From: an uncultured Gemmatimonadales bacterium
GTDB lineage: Bacteria; Gemmatimonadota; Gemmatimonadetes; Longimicrobiales; RSA9
Direction of reading: 5' to 3'
Assembly: GCA_963741945.1 (NCBI GenBank)
Contig: CAVUKA010000005.1
Location: forward strand, 544,001 to 608,000
DNA length: 64,000 nt
The position numbers and the translations under genes are program-made. The notes under the pieces are model-generated. The model had not been told where the DNA came from. It saw nothing but the letters and a program-made list of their open reading frames with translations, and made no database searches. This document shows, in pieces, positions 1-8,229 of this stretch (position 1 is the stretch's first letter; each line of letters begins with the position of its first letter).

Positions 1-2
1 AC

Positions 3-326
3 GGACAGCCGTGCTACAAGGTCCGGCTGGTGTGGAAGAGCGGCCGCGAGACGTTCGACTGCTACAGCGTGGACTCCGGCCTGCTGGTGGCGACCACGGC
101 CAACCAGGAGACGCCCATGGGGAACGTCGAGGTGGTCAGCATGATGGACGGCTACAAGCGCTTCGGCGACGTCATGACCGCCACGAAGATCACGCAGCAG
201 ATGATGGGGCAGGAGCAGGTCATGACCGTCGACTCGGTGGTCTACGGGCCCATCGACGCATCCAAATTCGTTCCGCCCCAGGAGATCCAGACGCTCATCA
301 ACCAGCAGAAGAGCGCCGGCCAGTAG
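3..326 (+). CDS. hypothetical protein, C-terminal part (LolA-like/DUF620-like periplasmic protein); 5'-truncated by window
   Basis: Open frame from window edge (GQPCYKVRLVWKSGRE...) to TAG at 324-326, strong GC3 bias; family call by resemblance only. Confidence 0.6.
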   Translation, partial: GQPCYKVRLVWKSGRETFDCYSVDSGLLVATTANQETPMGNVEVVSMMDGYKRFGDVMTATKITQQMMGQEQVMTVDSVVYGPIDASKFVPPQEIQTLINQQKSAGQ

Positions 327-990
327 CCGCGCCCCGCCCCCCGGCGACGGCCACGGCCAGGCCGTCGCCGACGGGGATGATCGTGGCCGTCAGCCGCGGG
401 TCGGAAGCCAGCCGCTCGTTGAACGCGCGCAGCGCACGCGTGGCTTCCGATTCCGGGCTCTCCTCCAGGACACGCCCGCTCCAGAAGGCATTGTCCGCCA
501 CGATCAGCCCGCCGGGCCGAACCAGCCCGATCGCCATCTCCAGGTAGGCGCTGTAGCCCTCCTTGTCCGCATCGATGAACACGGCATCGAACGGCGGCTC
601 GTCCCGGAGCAGGGGGAGCCGCTCCCGTGCATCGCCGACCTGGACCTCCACGATGTCGCCCAGACCGGCCCGTGCCGCGAACGTCCGCGCCAGATCGGCG
701 CGCGCCGGGTCGATCTCCAGCGAGACCAGCCGGCCGTCCGCCGGCAGTGCGCGGGCCATCCAGATCGCGCTGTAGCCGCCCAGCGCCCCGATCTCCAGCA
801 CCCGGCGCGCACCGATGGCCACCATCAGGAACTGCAGCATGCGCCCGGCCTCGGCCGAGACGTAGATCTCCGGCAGCCCCCGTCGCGCGATCTCCGCCCG
901 CACTTCCTCCAGCACGGCATCCTCGCGGGCGAACAGCCCGCTCACGTAGTCGGAGAGGCGGGCCGCCACGTCTTCCGGTGGACCGCTCAT
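298..990 (-). CDS. O-methyltransferase (caffeoyl-CoA OMT/YrrM-like, Methyltransf_3)
   Basis: VLEIGALGGYSAIW, FDAVFIDADK and LIVADN motifs; ATG at 990 overlaps the upstream gene's stop (ATGA). Confidence 0.9.
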   Translation of the reverse strand: MSGPPEDVAARLSDYVSGLFAREDAVLEEVRAEIARRGLPEIYVSAEAGRMLQFLMVAIGARRVLEIGALGGYSAIWMARALPADGRLVSLEIDPARADLARTFAARAGLGDIVEVQVGDARERLPLLRDEPPFDAVFIDADKEGYSAYLEMAIGLVRPGGLIVADNAFWSGRVLEESPESEATRALRAFNERLASDPRLTATIIPVGDGLAVAVAGGRGAATGRRSSAG

Positions 991-2198
991 GCCGCACGCC
1001 CGAGGGCGGTGCGGATCCGCAGGAATGCTTCCTCGATGTCTTCCCGCGAAGCCGCGAACGAGAGCCGGACGTAGCGATCGTCGCCGAACGCGGAGCCCGG
1101 CACCAGCGCCACGCCGGCGTCCTCGAGCATCCGCTTGCAGAATGCGACGGAGTCGGCGCAGCCGTCGTCGTACCACTGGTCGGCGCGGATGAAGAGGTAG
1201 AAGGCGCCGTCCGGCACGAGCGCATCCGCGTCCGGCAGGTGCTTCTCGACCAGCGACGCCACGAGGTCCCGCCTCATCCGGAACTCCGCCGCCATCGCTT
1301 CCAGCTCGCGCGCCTGCTCACGGGAGGCGGTGAACGCGGCTACGGCGGCGTACTGCGACGGCGTCGCCGCGTTCGACGTCATGTGGCTCTGCAGCGCCGC
1401 GATCTTGCTCGCCATGACGGCCGGCGTGTAGGAGTATCCGATCCGCCAGCCGGTCATGGCGAACGCTTTCGACGCCCCGTTCACCACCACCACCTGCGCA
1501 CGCAGCTCCGGCGGAAGGTCCAGCAGGCCGGGCGCTCGCGGGGCCACGTAGCAGAGGCGGGAATAGATCTCGTCGCTGATCAGCCACACGTTCCTGGAGC
1601 GCGCCCATTCGGCGATGCCGATCAGCTCGTCCCGCGAATAGACCGCACCCGACGGGTTGGAGGGCGAGTTCAGGAGCAGCGCCCGAACGGCCGGGGTCCA
1701 TGCCGTTTCCAGCGTGTCCGGGCTCACTTTGTAGGCGCGTTCGCGCGGACCGGTGACCCACACGGGCTCGGCACGGGCGAGGCGCACCAGCTCGGGATAG
1801 CTGGTCCAGTACGGGACCGGCACCATGACGGCGTCGCCCGGCCCCGTGAGCACGAAGATCGCATTGAACAGCGCCTGCTTCGCCCCCGCCGAGACCACCA
1901 CACCCGCCGCCGTGGTGTCCGCGCCGTAGTCGCGGTTCAGCGCTTCGGCGATCGCCTCCCGCAGCGCCGGCAGCCCGGGCGCCGGCGTGTACCGCGTACG
2001 GCCGGCTTCGATCGCCGCGATGCCCGCTGCCGAGATGAACGAAGGCGTGGGGAAGTCCGGCTCCCCCGCGCTCAGGTTGAGGATGTCGCGCCCTTTCGCC
2101 TGGAGTTCCTTGGCGAGAGAGGAAACGGAGATCGTGGCAGACGGCTGCAACAGCCGTACGTTCTCGCTGAATTGTAGCGCTGTTTCCGTGGAGCTCAT
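987..2198 (-). CDS. PLP-dependent class I/II (aspartate-type) aminotransferase
   Basis: GEPDF, NSPSNPSG, SDEIY and SKAFAMTGWRIG (PLP lysine) motifs. Confidence 0.92.
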   Translation of the reverse strand: MSSTETALQFSENVRLLQPSATISVSSLAKELQAKGRDILNLSAGEPDFPTPSFISAAGIAAIEAGRTRYTPAPGLPALREAIAEALNRDYGADTTAAGVVVSAGAKQALFNAIFVLTGPGDAVMVPVPYWTSYPELVRLARAEPVWVTGPRERAYKVSPDTLETAWTPAVRALLLNSPSNPSGAVYSRDELIGIAEWARSRNVWLISDEIYSRLCYVAPRAPGLLDLPPELRAQVVVVNGASKAFAMTGWRIGYSYTPAVMASKIAALQSHMTSNAATPSQYAAVAAFTASREQARELEAMAAEFRMRRDLVASLVEKHLPDADALVPDGAFYLFIRADQWYDDGCADSVAFCKRMLEDAGVALVPGSAFGDDRYVRLSFAASREDIEEAFLRIRTALGRAA

Positions 2199-2297
2199 GA
2201 CCTTGACCGGTGCGAGTTCGCGTCGAGCAAGATGCCCCGCTGTGCGGCCCGCGGGCAAGGTGGCGCCCACCGCCGCGGCACCCGCTACATTGGCCGG

Positions 2298-2873
2298 ATG
2301 GAAGGCCTCGTGCTCTACCACGACTTCGTCAGCCCCTTCTGCCGGCTGGCGTTCGCTGCCGCCGTCGACGCCGCCGCCGCCGCGGGGGTGTCACTGCGCC
2401 TGCACCCGTTCGAGCTTCGCCCCCCCACCGCGCCGCTCACGCCCGACGATGCCGATGCCGTGGCGGCGGAGCTGGAGGCGGCTCGCCCGCTGGCCGCGGA
2501 GTGGGGCGTCGCCCTCTCGGCCCCTCCCGGCGTCCCCAGGACCGCGAAAGCCCACGAGGCGGTGGCGTTCGCGGCGGGGCACGGCCGTGGTGTCGAGATG
2601 GCCGCTCGGATCTACGAAGCCTGCTGGACCCGCGGCTCCGACATCGGCCGGATCGATGTCCTGGCCGGGCTCGGCGAGGGCGCCGGTGTGGACCCCCAGG
2701 CGCTCCACGTGGCCCTCGGCCTCGATGCCTGCGCCGCCGAAGTCCAGACGGCGCAACGGGAGGCGGAGCGAGCCGGCGTGACCGCAGTGCCGCTGCTTCG
2801 GCACGGCGAGCGCTGGCTCCCGGGCGTGCTTCCCGCCGCCGAGATCCTCGCCTGGCTCCGGGATGCGTCGTGA
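2298..2873 (+). CDS. DsbA/FrnE-family thioredoxin-fold protein
   Basis: N-terminal YHDFVSPFC, C-terminal AERAGVTAVP (cis-Pro loop). Confidence 0.75.
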   Translation: MEGLVLYHDFVSPFCRLAFAAAVDAAAAAGVSLRLHPFELRPPTAPLTPDDADAVAAELEAARPLAAEWGVALSAPPGVPRTAKAHEAVAFAAGHGRGVEMAARIYEACWTRGSDIGRIDVLAGLGEGAGVDPQALHVALGLDACAAEVQTAQREAERAGVTAVPLLRHGERWLPGVLPAAEILAWLRDAS

Positions 2874-2952
2874 CCCCTTGCGACACGGGACCTCAGACGT
2901 TCTCCTTCAGCGGCCTTCGCCCGGAGAAACGGAACAGGAGCACGGAATCATC

Positions 2953-3237
2953 ATGGCCGCGTATCAGAGATTGACTGCCATGAGCGGGAAGCGCGCCGTC
3001 GCGGTGGCGGCGGAGTACCTCAGGGAGCGGATCCCGCTCGAGGTGGTCTCGTCCAGTGACCACTCGGTCACCCTGGAGGGTGGCGATGGAACGGTCACCG
3101 TTTCGGCGCACCCGCACGGGATGGAAACGGCTGTGACCGCTTCCACCGACCAGCTGCGGACCTCCCGGATCGACCTGGAAGCGCAGAACTACATGAATCA
3201 GCTGCCCTACCAGCCGGAAGACCGGCAGCGGCGGTAG
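2953..3237 (+). CDS. hypothetical protein (94 aa)
   Basis: AGGAG upstream, GC3-biased codons, no recognisable motif. Confidence 0.6.
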   Translation: MAAYQRLTAMSGKRAVAVAAEYLRERIPLEVVSSSDHSVTLEGGDGTVTVSAHPHGMETAVTASTDQLRTSRIDLEAQNYMNQLPYQPEDRQRR

Positions 3238-3259
3238 AGCCCCGGTTCAGGGCCCCGGT

Positions 3260-4003
3260 TCAGCGGCTGGTCGGGATACGGAGGTCCTGGCCGGCGTAGA
3301 TCCGGTTCCCGGGCAGGTCGTTCACGGCCTTCAGCTCCTCGACGCCGATCCCGTAGTTGCGGGCGATGCTCCAGAGGCTGTCGCCCCGGCGCACACGGTA
3401 GCGCGTGTCGTCGCCCGGTGCCGACGGCGGCGGCGAATCCGACAGCGCGGCCACGTAGCGCGTGTACGACTTCGGGAACACGGCAATGTGGTAGTGTGGC
3501 GGCCAGCGCTCGCGCGTCGCCTCGATGACCCGCGCCTTCTCCAGCGACAGCAGCGTGCGCTCGATCCACTTCCGGCAGCTCAACCGGTTGGTCCGGCGCA
3601 CATCCAGCGCCATCCCCGTGGGGTGCACCGATCGCCTCGATGCGTTGTCCGGCTGGTCGTTCCGCGGCCGCGTCAGGCTCGTCACCACCAGCGGCTCCCC
3701 GCAGGCGGCCCTGTACTGCGCCGCCAGGCGCTCGATGAACACCTTCGTCTGGGGCCTCGCGTACGGATACGAGACGTTCGCCAGGGAGTAGTCCCCGTTC
3801 CCCTCCAGCTTCACGAGATACCCCTTCTCCACGAAGTCCAGGATCTGGCGTCCGCTGCGGAGGAAGGTGAAGTCGTTGGCCTGCGCTGTCCGGTACATCC
3901 GCGACACCGAGGCCGGTGACCCGCGCAAGCTCTGCGCGGCCAGGGGGGCGGCCGGGAGAACGCAAAACATCACTATGCCGAGCTGTCGGAGCATGGTCTG
4001 CAT
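3260..4003 (-). CDS. secreted DUF5715-like (M15/LAS-type Zn peptidase) protein with C-terminal LysM domain
   Basis: Signal peptide; HPTGMALD (H-x6-D) and HYH motifs; LysM YRVRRGDSLWSIARNYG...IYAGQDLRIP. Confidence 0.8.
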   Translation of the reverse strand: MQTMLRQLGIVMFCVLPAAPLAAQSLRGSPASVSRMYRTAQANDFTFLRSGRQILDFVEKGYLVKLEGNGDYSLANVSYPYARPQTKVFIERLAAQYRAACGEPLVVTSLTRPRNDQPDNASRRSVHPTGMALDVRRTNRLSCRKWIERTLLSLEKARVIEATRERWPPHYHIAVFPKSYTRYVAALSDSPPPSAPGDDTRYRVRRGDSLWSIARNYGIGVEELKAVNDLPGNRIYAGQDLRIPTSR

Positions 4004-4081
4004 CGACCGCTTGTGTTCCGTACTACGGTGGGCACCTTCCCTGCCGCCGAGGCAGGGCCAAGCTCATGTGAGACGCCGACT

Positions 4082-4111
4082 AAGCTGGTCCGGCTTCACA
4101 CCGGCTGTCAA
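4082..4111 (-). promoter_or_regulatory. possible sigma70 promoter for the LysM peptidase gene
   Basis: TTGACA (4111-4106)-N18-CAGCTT on minus strand; weak -10. Confidence 0.3.
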
Positions 4112-4584
4112 GGCCTCCGTTCGCGACTACCCGCCGCGCCCGGGTCGCGCCCGCCGCCCAGCTCCACCTCGTCACCCCGGACCAGCGCCGGGTCGAAGCG
4201 AAGGCGAGGAATGGGAATCAGGACCGGCCACGCCTCCTCCGGCGCCTCGTGGTTCTCCGCCACCAGGTGCCGGCAAACCGCCGCGTGCTCCAGGAGACCG
4301 TCCACATCGAACCCGAGGTAGCGGGGGCGCCGCGACTCGAGCAGCGGCATGGCCTTGCCCAGCTGCGCCGAGATCCCGTGGCGGTTTCCCCGCGCCACGT
4401 GCACGAACGCGCTCGCGAACAGGATCAGCGCGTGGTAAAACTCGCTCCCCGTCCGCCGCCACGCCTCCTCCAGCGCCTCGTGGCTCTCCCAGAACGCGCC
4501 CCGGTTGAACCGCCGCAGGAACTCCCCCAGTGCCGCGTCGATCTGCTCCGGTGATTCGGGGCCGGCCGCCTCTGTCTCCGTCAT
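4108..4584 (-). CDS. DUF309 domain protein
   Basis: FNRGAFWESHEALEEAW...FYHALI motif. Confidence 0.8.
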   Translation of the reverse strand: MTETEAAGPESPEQIDAALGEFLRRFNRGAFWESHEALEEAWRRTGSEFYHALILFASAFVHVARGNRHGISAQLGKAMPLLESRRPRYLGFDVDGLLEHAAVCRHLVAENHEAPEEAWPVLIPIPRLRFDPALVRGDEVELGGGRDPGAAGSRERRP

Positions 4585-4636
4585 GTCCAAGTCAATAAGG
4601 GCGACGGCCCGGCCGAGCAAGGGGATCGCCCACCGG

Positions 4637-5359
4637 TCAACCGAGCGCCCGCCCGGCTTTCCGGAGCAGGCGCCGCAACTCGTCACGCTCCGGAACCGTG
4701 AGGCCGGACACCATCTGGTCGTCCGCCGCCCGCCACGCCCGCGACGCACGCTCCATGGCCGCTCGCCCGGCCGCAGTGGCGGTGAGCCGACTGGTGCGAC
4801 CGTCGCTTCCCGACAATTCACGGGCCATCAGCCCCCGGGCCTCACACCGTCGCACCAGCCCGGAAACGGACGCGGATGCCAACCCGAGCCGTCGCCGCAA
4901 GCGACCGGGAGACGTTCCGCCCGGCCGCGCGGCATCCACCAGTGCCAGGTCGCGCCGGACTGCGTCACCCCGCTCGAGACGGCCCCGTCGCCCATGCCCG
5001 AGGCGCGCTTCCAGCCGCGATGCCGCCCTGAGCAGAAGCAGCGGTGTGCTCTCCCACGGGTCCCACTGCCGCGGCTCCACCGCCTCCACTCCGGAATCGC
5101 GGCGATCCTCGGCCCCGCTGCGCTGCCGCCTGGCGCACCCGATGTCCACGCCCCTCCGCGCCACGTCCACCAGGATCTCCCGCGCAACCGCAGCCACTTC
5201 ACGCCGGAACTCCGCCGCCGGCCCCGATTCCTCCGGCGACGCCCCCACCCACGGTCCGAGGTCGATATCCGCCTCCGTCACGCCACCGTCCTGCCCCCCC
5301 GGCTGGACGGGTTCGGGAGGGGTCGGCGTCTCGCCCGGCGACCCCGGCTGCCTCGTCAT
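4637..5359 (-). CDS. MarR-family winged-helix regulator (start uncertain, low-complexity N-terminus)
   Basis: C-terminal ASVSGLVRRCEARGLM...DGRTSRLTATAAGR resembles the MarR wHTH. Confidence 0.55.
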   Translation of the reverse strand: MTRQPGSPGETPTPPEPVQPGGQDGGVTEADIDLGPWVGASPEESGPAAEFRREVAAVAREILVDVARRGVDIGCARRQRSGAEDRRDSGVEAVEPRQWDPWESTPLLLLRAASRLEARLGHGRRGRLERGDAVRRDLALVDAARPGGTSPGRLRRRLGLASASVSGLVRRCEARGLMARELSGSDGRTSRLTATAAGRAAMERASRAWRAADDQMVSGLTVPERDELRRLLRKAGRALG

Positions 5360-5365
5360 CGAAAC

Positions 5366-5473
5366 TCTCTCCACCTGGAGAGATCCCCGGGCTGGTCGAA
5401 AATCCGCAACTCACTGTCTCCCTTGATGATGGGGCCCGGATGCGCGCGGTCGAGATCGCTCCACCTGGAGAGA
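5366..5473. repeat. two copies of palindromic CTCCACCTGGAGAGA, 90 bp apart
   Basis: TCTCTCCA-CC-TGGAGAGA at 5366-5383; 15-nt identical copy at 5459-5473. Confidence 0.75.
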
Positions 5474-5506
5474 ATTCCTGCGCGAGGGCCATCCACGCGC
5501 CGCCAG

Positions 5507-5555
5507 CGCATGGCGCGACCCCGGCCGCCGCCCGCATGGCGCGACCCCGGCCGCC
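5507..5555. repeat. 23-nt direct repeat, two copies, 26-bp period
   Basis: CGCATGGCGCGACCCCGGCCGCC at 5507-5529 and 5533-5555. Confidence 0.8.
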
Positions 5556-5624
5556 CCCTGAGTAGCGCAGCGGCCGGGGCGCCGCCATAGGCGCACGGGA
5601 CGACTTGCGTCGGGCGGCGCGGGA

Positions 5625-7499
5625 TCAGAACCCGCCGCCCCCGCCGCCACCGCCGCCGCCGCCCACGCTGCCCCCGCCGCCGGAGCCCGAGGAGCCGGGG
5701 GAGGAGGAGAGGGTGGAGCTGGCCGCGGACGAGAGCTTGCCGAGGTCGCTGGCGAACGCGGACGGGTGGAAGGCGATGAAGCCGGTCCGGGTGCCGCGGT
5801 ACCAGTTGGGAGGCTCCGTGATGAGATCGTCGAACGCGGCGGCCCAGCGGTCTTCACACTGGAAGGCCATGGCATAGGGGAGGAAGCGCTCGAACTGGTC
5901 GGGGGACGTGACCATCCGGCGGTAGCGTGGCGCCTCGACCCGCTCGAGGAACCGCTTGAAGCCGAGGGACGCCTCGCGGGCGCGGGCGCCGGATTCGGTC
6001 CGTCTGGGCATGAGCCAGCCGAAGATGCCGATGATGAGCGCGCTGGCGAGCGCGGCCGCCACGAGGAACGGCCCGCTGGCGTAGGCGGAGAGCGCGAAGC
6101 CCCCGGCGCTTGTGGCGGCGACCACGGCGGCGAGCCCCAGGTAGCGCCCGCGGACCTTGTCGGGTCGTCGCTCGTAGTACCCGCGGGCCACGAGCTGGTG
6201 GTAGATGGCGTCCTTGATGGGCGGGATCTTCTTGTAGAACTGGTTCTGGAGGTCGGAGAGCCGCACGGTGTCCAGTGCTTCCGGGGGTGCGTCGGCGGAA
6301 GCGTCCTGCACGCCGAGGTTGGCCAGCAGGCTTCGCAGGCCCACCGTCTTCGACGTGACGCCGGCCAGGACCTCGGCTGGCGTGGTGGTCTCGAAGAGCG
6401 CATCGAGGAAGCGGACCTCGTGAACGGCGAGCCCGTCCCATTCGGTGCGGGGGCGGACCAGGTGGAAGTGGTAGTCGCGGCCGAACTGGAGGAATCCCGT
6501 CTTCTCGTGCTCCTCGATGACGATGTACCCGCGCACGGCCAGGTCCACGAGGGTGGAAACGATGTCGCGCATCCCTGCATCGTTGTCGATGAGCGTGCCG
6601 GCCTCGGCGGGAGAAAGCCCTTCCACGGGCTCCCACTGCACGGTGATGGCGCGCTCCTCCGGGTCGCGGCCGCGCTCGTTCCAGGCGCCGGCCATCCACC
6701 AGAGCACCAGGAGCGGGATCAGCAGCGGCCAGAGAGCCATGGGATGGAAGCTCCAGCCGCCGTCCAGCGGCGGCAGCGCTTCCGCCGCGGCGCGGTCCAC
6801 CACCCCGGCGGGCCAGCCGACGGCCAGCGTCAGCCCCTCACCGGGGCGGAGCGGCCCCACCGGTGCCACGTCCACCGTGCCGGGCCCGGTGGCGCGGATG
6901 TCCGCGCGCCGCTGCGAGCCGGCGGTCCCCACGTACGCGGCCATCTGGCGCGGCTCGGTCTCACCCGGGAACACCACGCGGGCGCTGGCACGCTGGATCG
7001 GCACCTCCCACTCGGTACCGGTCACCTGCCAGTTGAGCTCGTCCATCGGCTGCCAGTCCTGTCCCTGCTCCGGGCGGAAGAAGCCGAGGGCGTTGCGGAC
7101 GCGGTAGGTCAGAATCACGGTGGCGGCGCGATCCCGGGCGTCGGGGACCCAGACCTTGAACTGGCGCTGGGTGCGCGAGATCCGCTCCGTCTGCGTGCGC
7201 AGCGCGTGCCCGGCGCCATCGGTGGCGGAGAGCAGACGCACGCCGAGCAGGTAATCGGCGTGGTAGTCCTTCGGCGGCTCCAGCGAGATCCTGCGCAGGA
7301 TCCCGTTCCACTCGCCCGTGAAGCGCGGGCGCAGGGTCTCCGTGATCGTGAGGTCGCCATTGCGGCCCACCACGATGTCGGCGTGCAGCTGCTCGAAGAC
7401 CAGGGACCGCTGCGCGGCCGCGACCGTGGGCAGCGCCACCACCAGGGCGAGCAGGAGCGCGGCGGCCGCTCCCCGCGCGAGCCAGCGCGGCCCCCTCAT
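5625..7499 (-). CDS. DUF2207 domain membrane protein
   Basis: Signal peptide, ELNWQVTGTEW, FERFLPYAMAF and Gly/Ser tail GGGGGGGF; coupled to lemA by TGATG overlap. Confidence 0.85.
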   Translation of the reverse strand: MRGPRWLARGAAAALLLALVVALPTVAAAQRSLVFEQLHADIVVGRNGDLTITETLRPRFTGEWNGILRRISLEPPKDYHADYLLGVRLLSATDGAGHALRTQTERISRTQRQFKVWVPDARDRAATVILTYRVRNALGFFRPEQGQDWQPMDELNWQVTGTEWEVPIQRASARVVFPGETEPRQMAAYVGTAGSQRRADIRATGPGTVDVAPVGPLRPGEGLTLAVGWPAGVVDRAAAEALPPLDGGWSFHPMALWPLLIPLLVLWWMAGAWNERGRDPEERAITVQWEPVEGLSPAEAGTLIDNDAGMRDIVSTLVDLAVRGYIVIEEHEKTGFLQFGRDYHFHLVRPRTEWDGLAVHEVRFLDALFETTTPAEVLAGVTSKTVGLRSLLANLGVQDASADAPPEALDTVRLSDLQNQFYKKIPPIKDAIYHQLVARGYYERRPDKVRGRYLGLAAVVAATSAGGFALSAYASGPFLVAAALASALIIGIFGWLMPRRTESGARAREASLGFKRFLERVEAPRYRRMVTSPDQFERFLPYAMAFQCEDRWAAAFDDLITEPPNWYRGTRTGFIAFHPSAFASDLGKLSSAASSTLSSSPGSSGSGGGGSVGGGGGGGGGGGF

Positions 7500-8083
7500 C
7501 AGAACTTCACCTCCGGAACCTCCCGCTCCTCGGGCGTCTCGATCTCGAAGAACTCACGGGATGTCACGCCGGCCAGGCCGGCCACGATGTTGGACGGGAA
7601 CTGGGCCACGCGCGTGTTCAGCTCCCGCACCGTGGCGTTGTAGTACCGCCTCGCCTGCTGCAGGTCCTCCTCGACGGTGTTCAGCGAGCGCTGCAGCTCC
7701 TGGAACGGCTCCGCCGCCCGCAGCTGCGGGTAGCTCTCGCTCAGCGCGAACAGCCGCCCCAGCGCCCCCGTCAACATGTTCTCCGCGCCGGCCCGCTCGG
7801 CCGGCGGCGCACCGCGCGCGTCCACCGCCCGGGTTCGCGCGGCGGTCACGGACTCCAGCGTTTCACGCTCGTGTCCCGCGTATCCCTTCACCGTCTCCAC
7901 CAGGTTCGGGATCAGGTCGTGCCGCCGCTTGAGCTGCACGTCGATGTCGGACCACGCGGTGTCCGTCTCGACGCGCAGCGCCATGAGGCGGTTGTAGATC
8001 AGGACGCCGATCGCCAGCGGGATCAGGATGAGCAGCAGGAATACGCCGGCGAAGATGAGCAGGGAGGTGACGACGGTGCCCAT
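7499..8083 (-). CDS. lemA: LemA family protein
   Basis: N-terminal TM, YNRL...WSDIDVQLKRRHDLIPNLVETVKGY, ARRYYN, FPSNIVA. Confidence 0.92.
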   Translation of the reverse strand: MGTVVTSLLIFAGVFLLLILIPLAIGVLIYNRLMALRVETDTAWSDIDVQLKRRHDLIPNLVETVKGYAGHERETLESVTAARTRAVDARGAPPAERAGAENMLTGALGRLFALSESYPQLRAAEPFQELQRSLNTVEEDLQQARRYYNATVRELNTRVAQFPSNIVAGLAGVTSREFFEIETPEEREVPEVKF

Positions 8084-8229
8084 GAACGCTCCTTCGGTTG
8101 GGGGACGCCTCAAGCTAGGCGGGTACGGACACGAGGCCAAGATCCTTCGAACGCGAGGGTGCGAGTTTGCCGGGCTCCGCTCCTTCTCCGTATCATCCGC
8201 TTCCACCTCCCACAACGGAGCATACCGCC

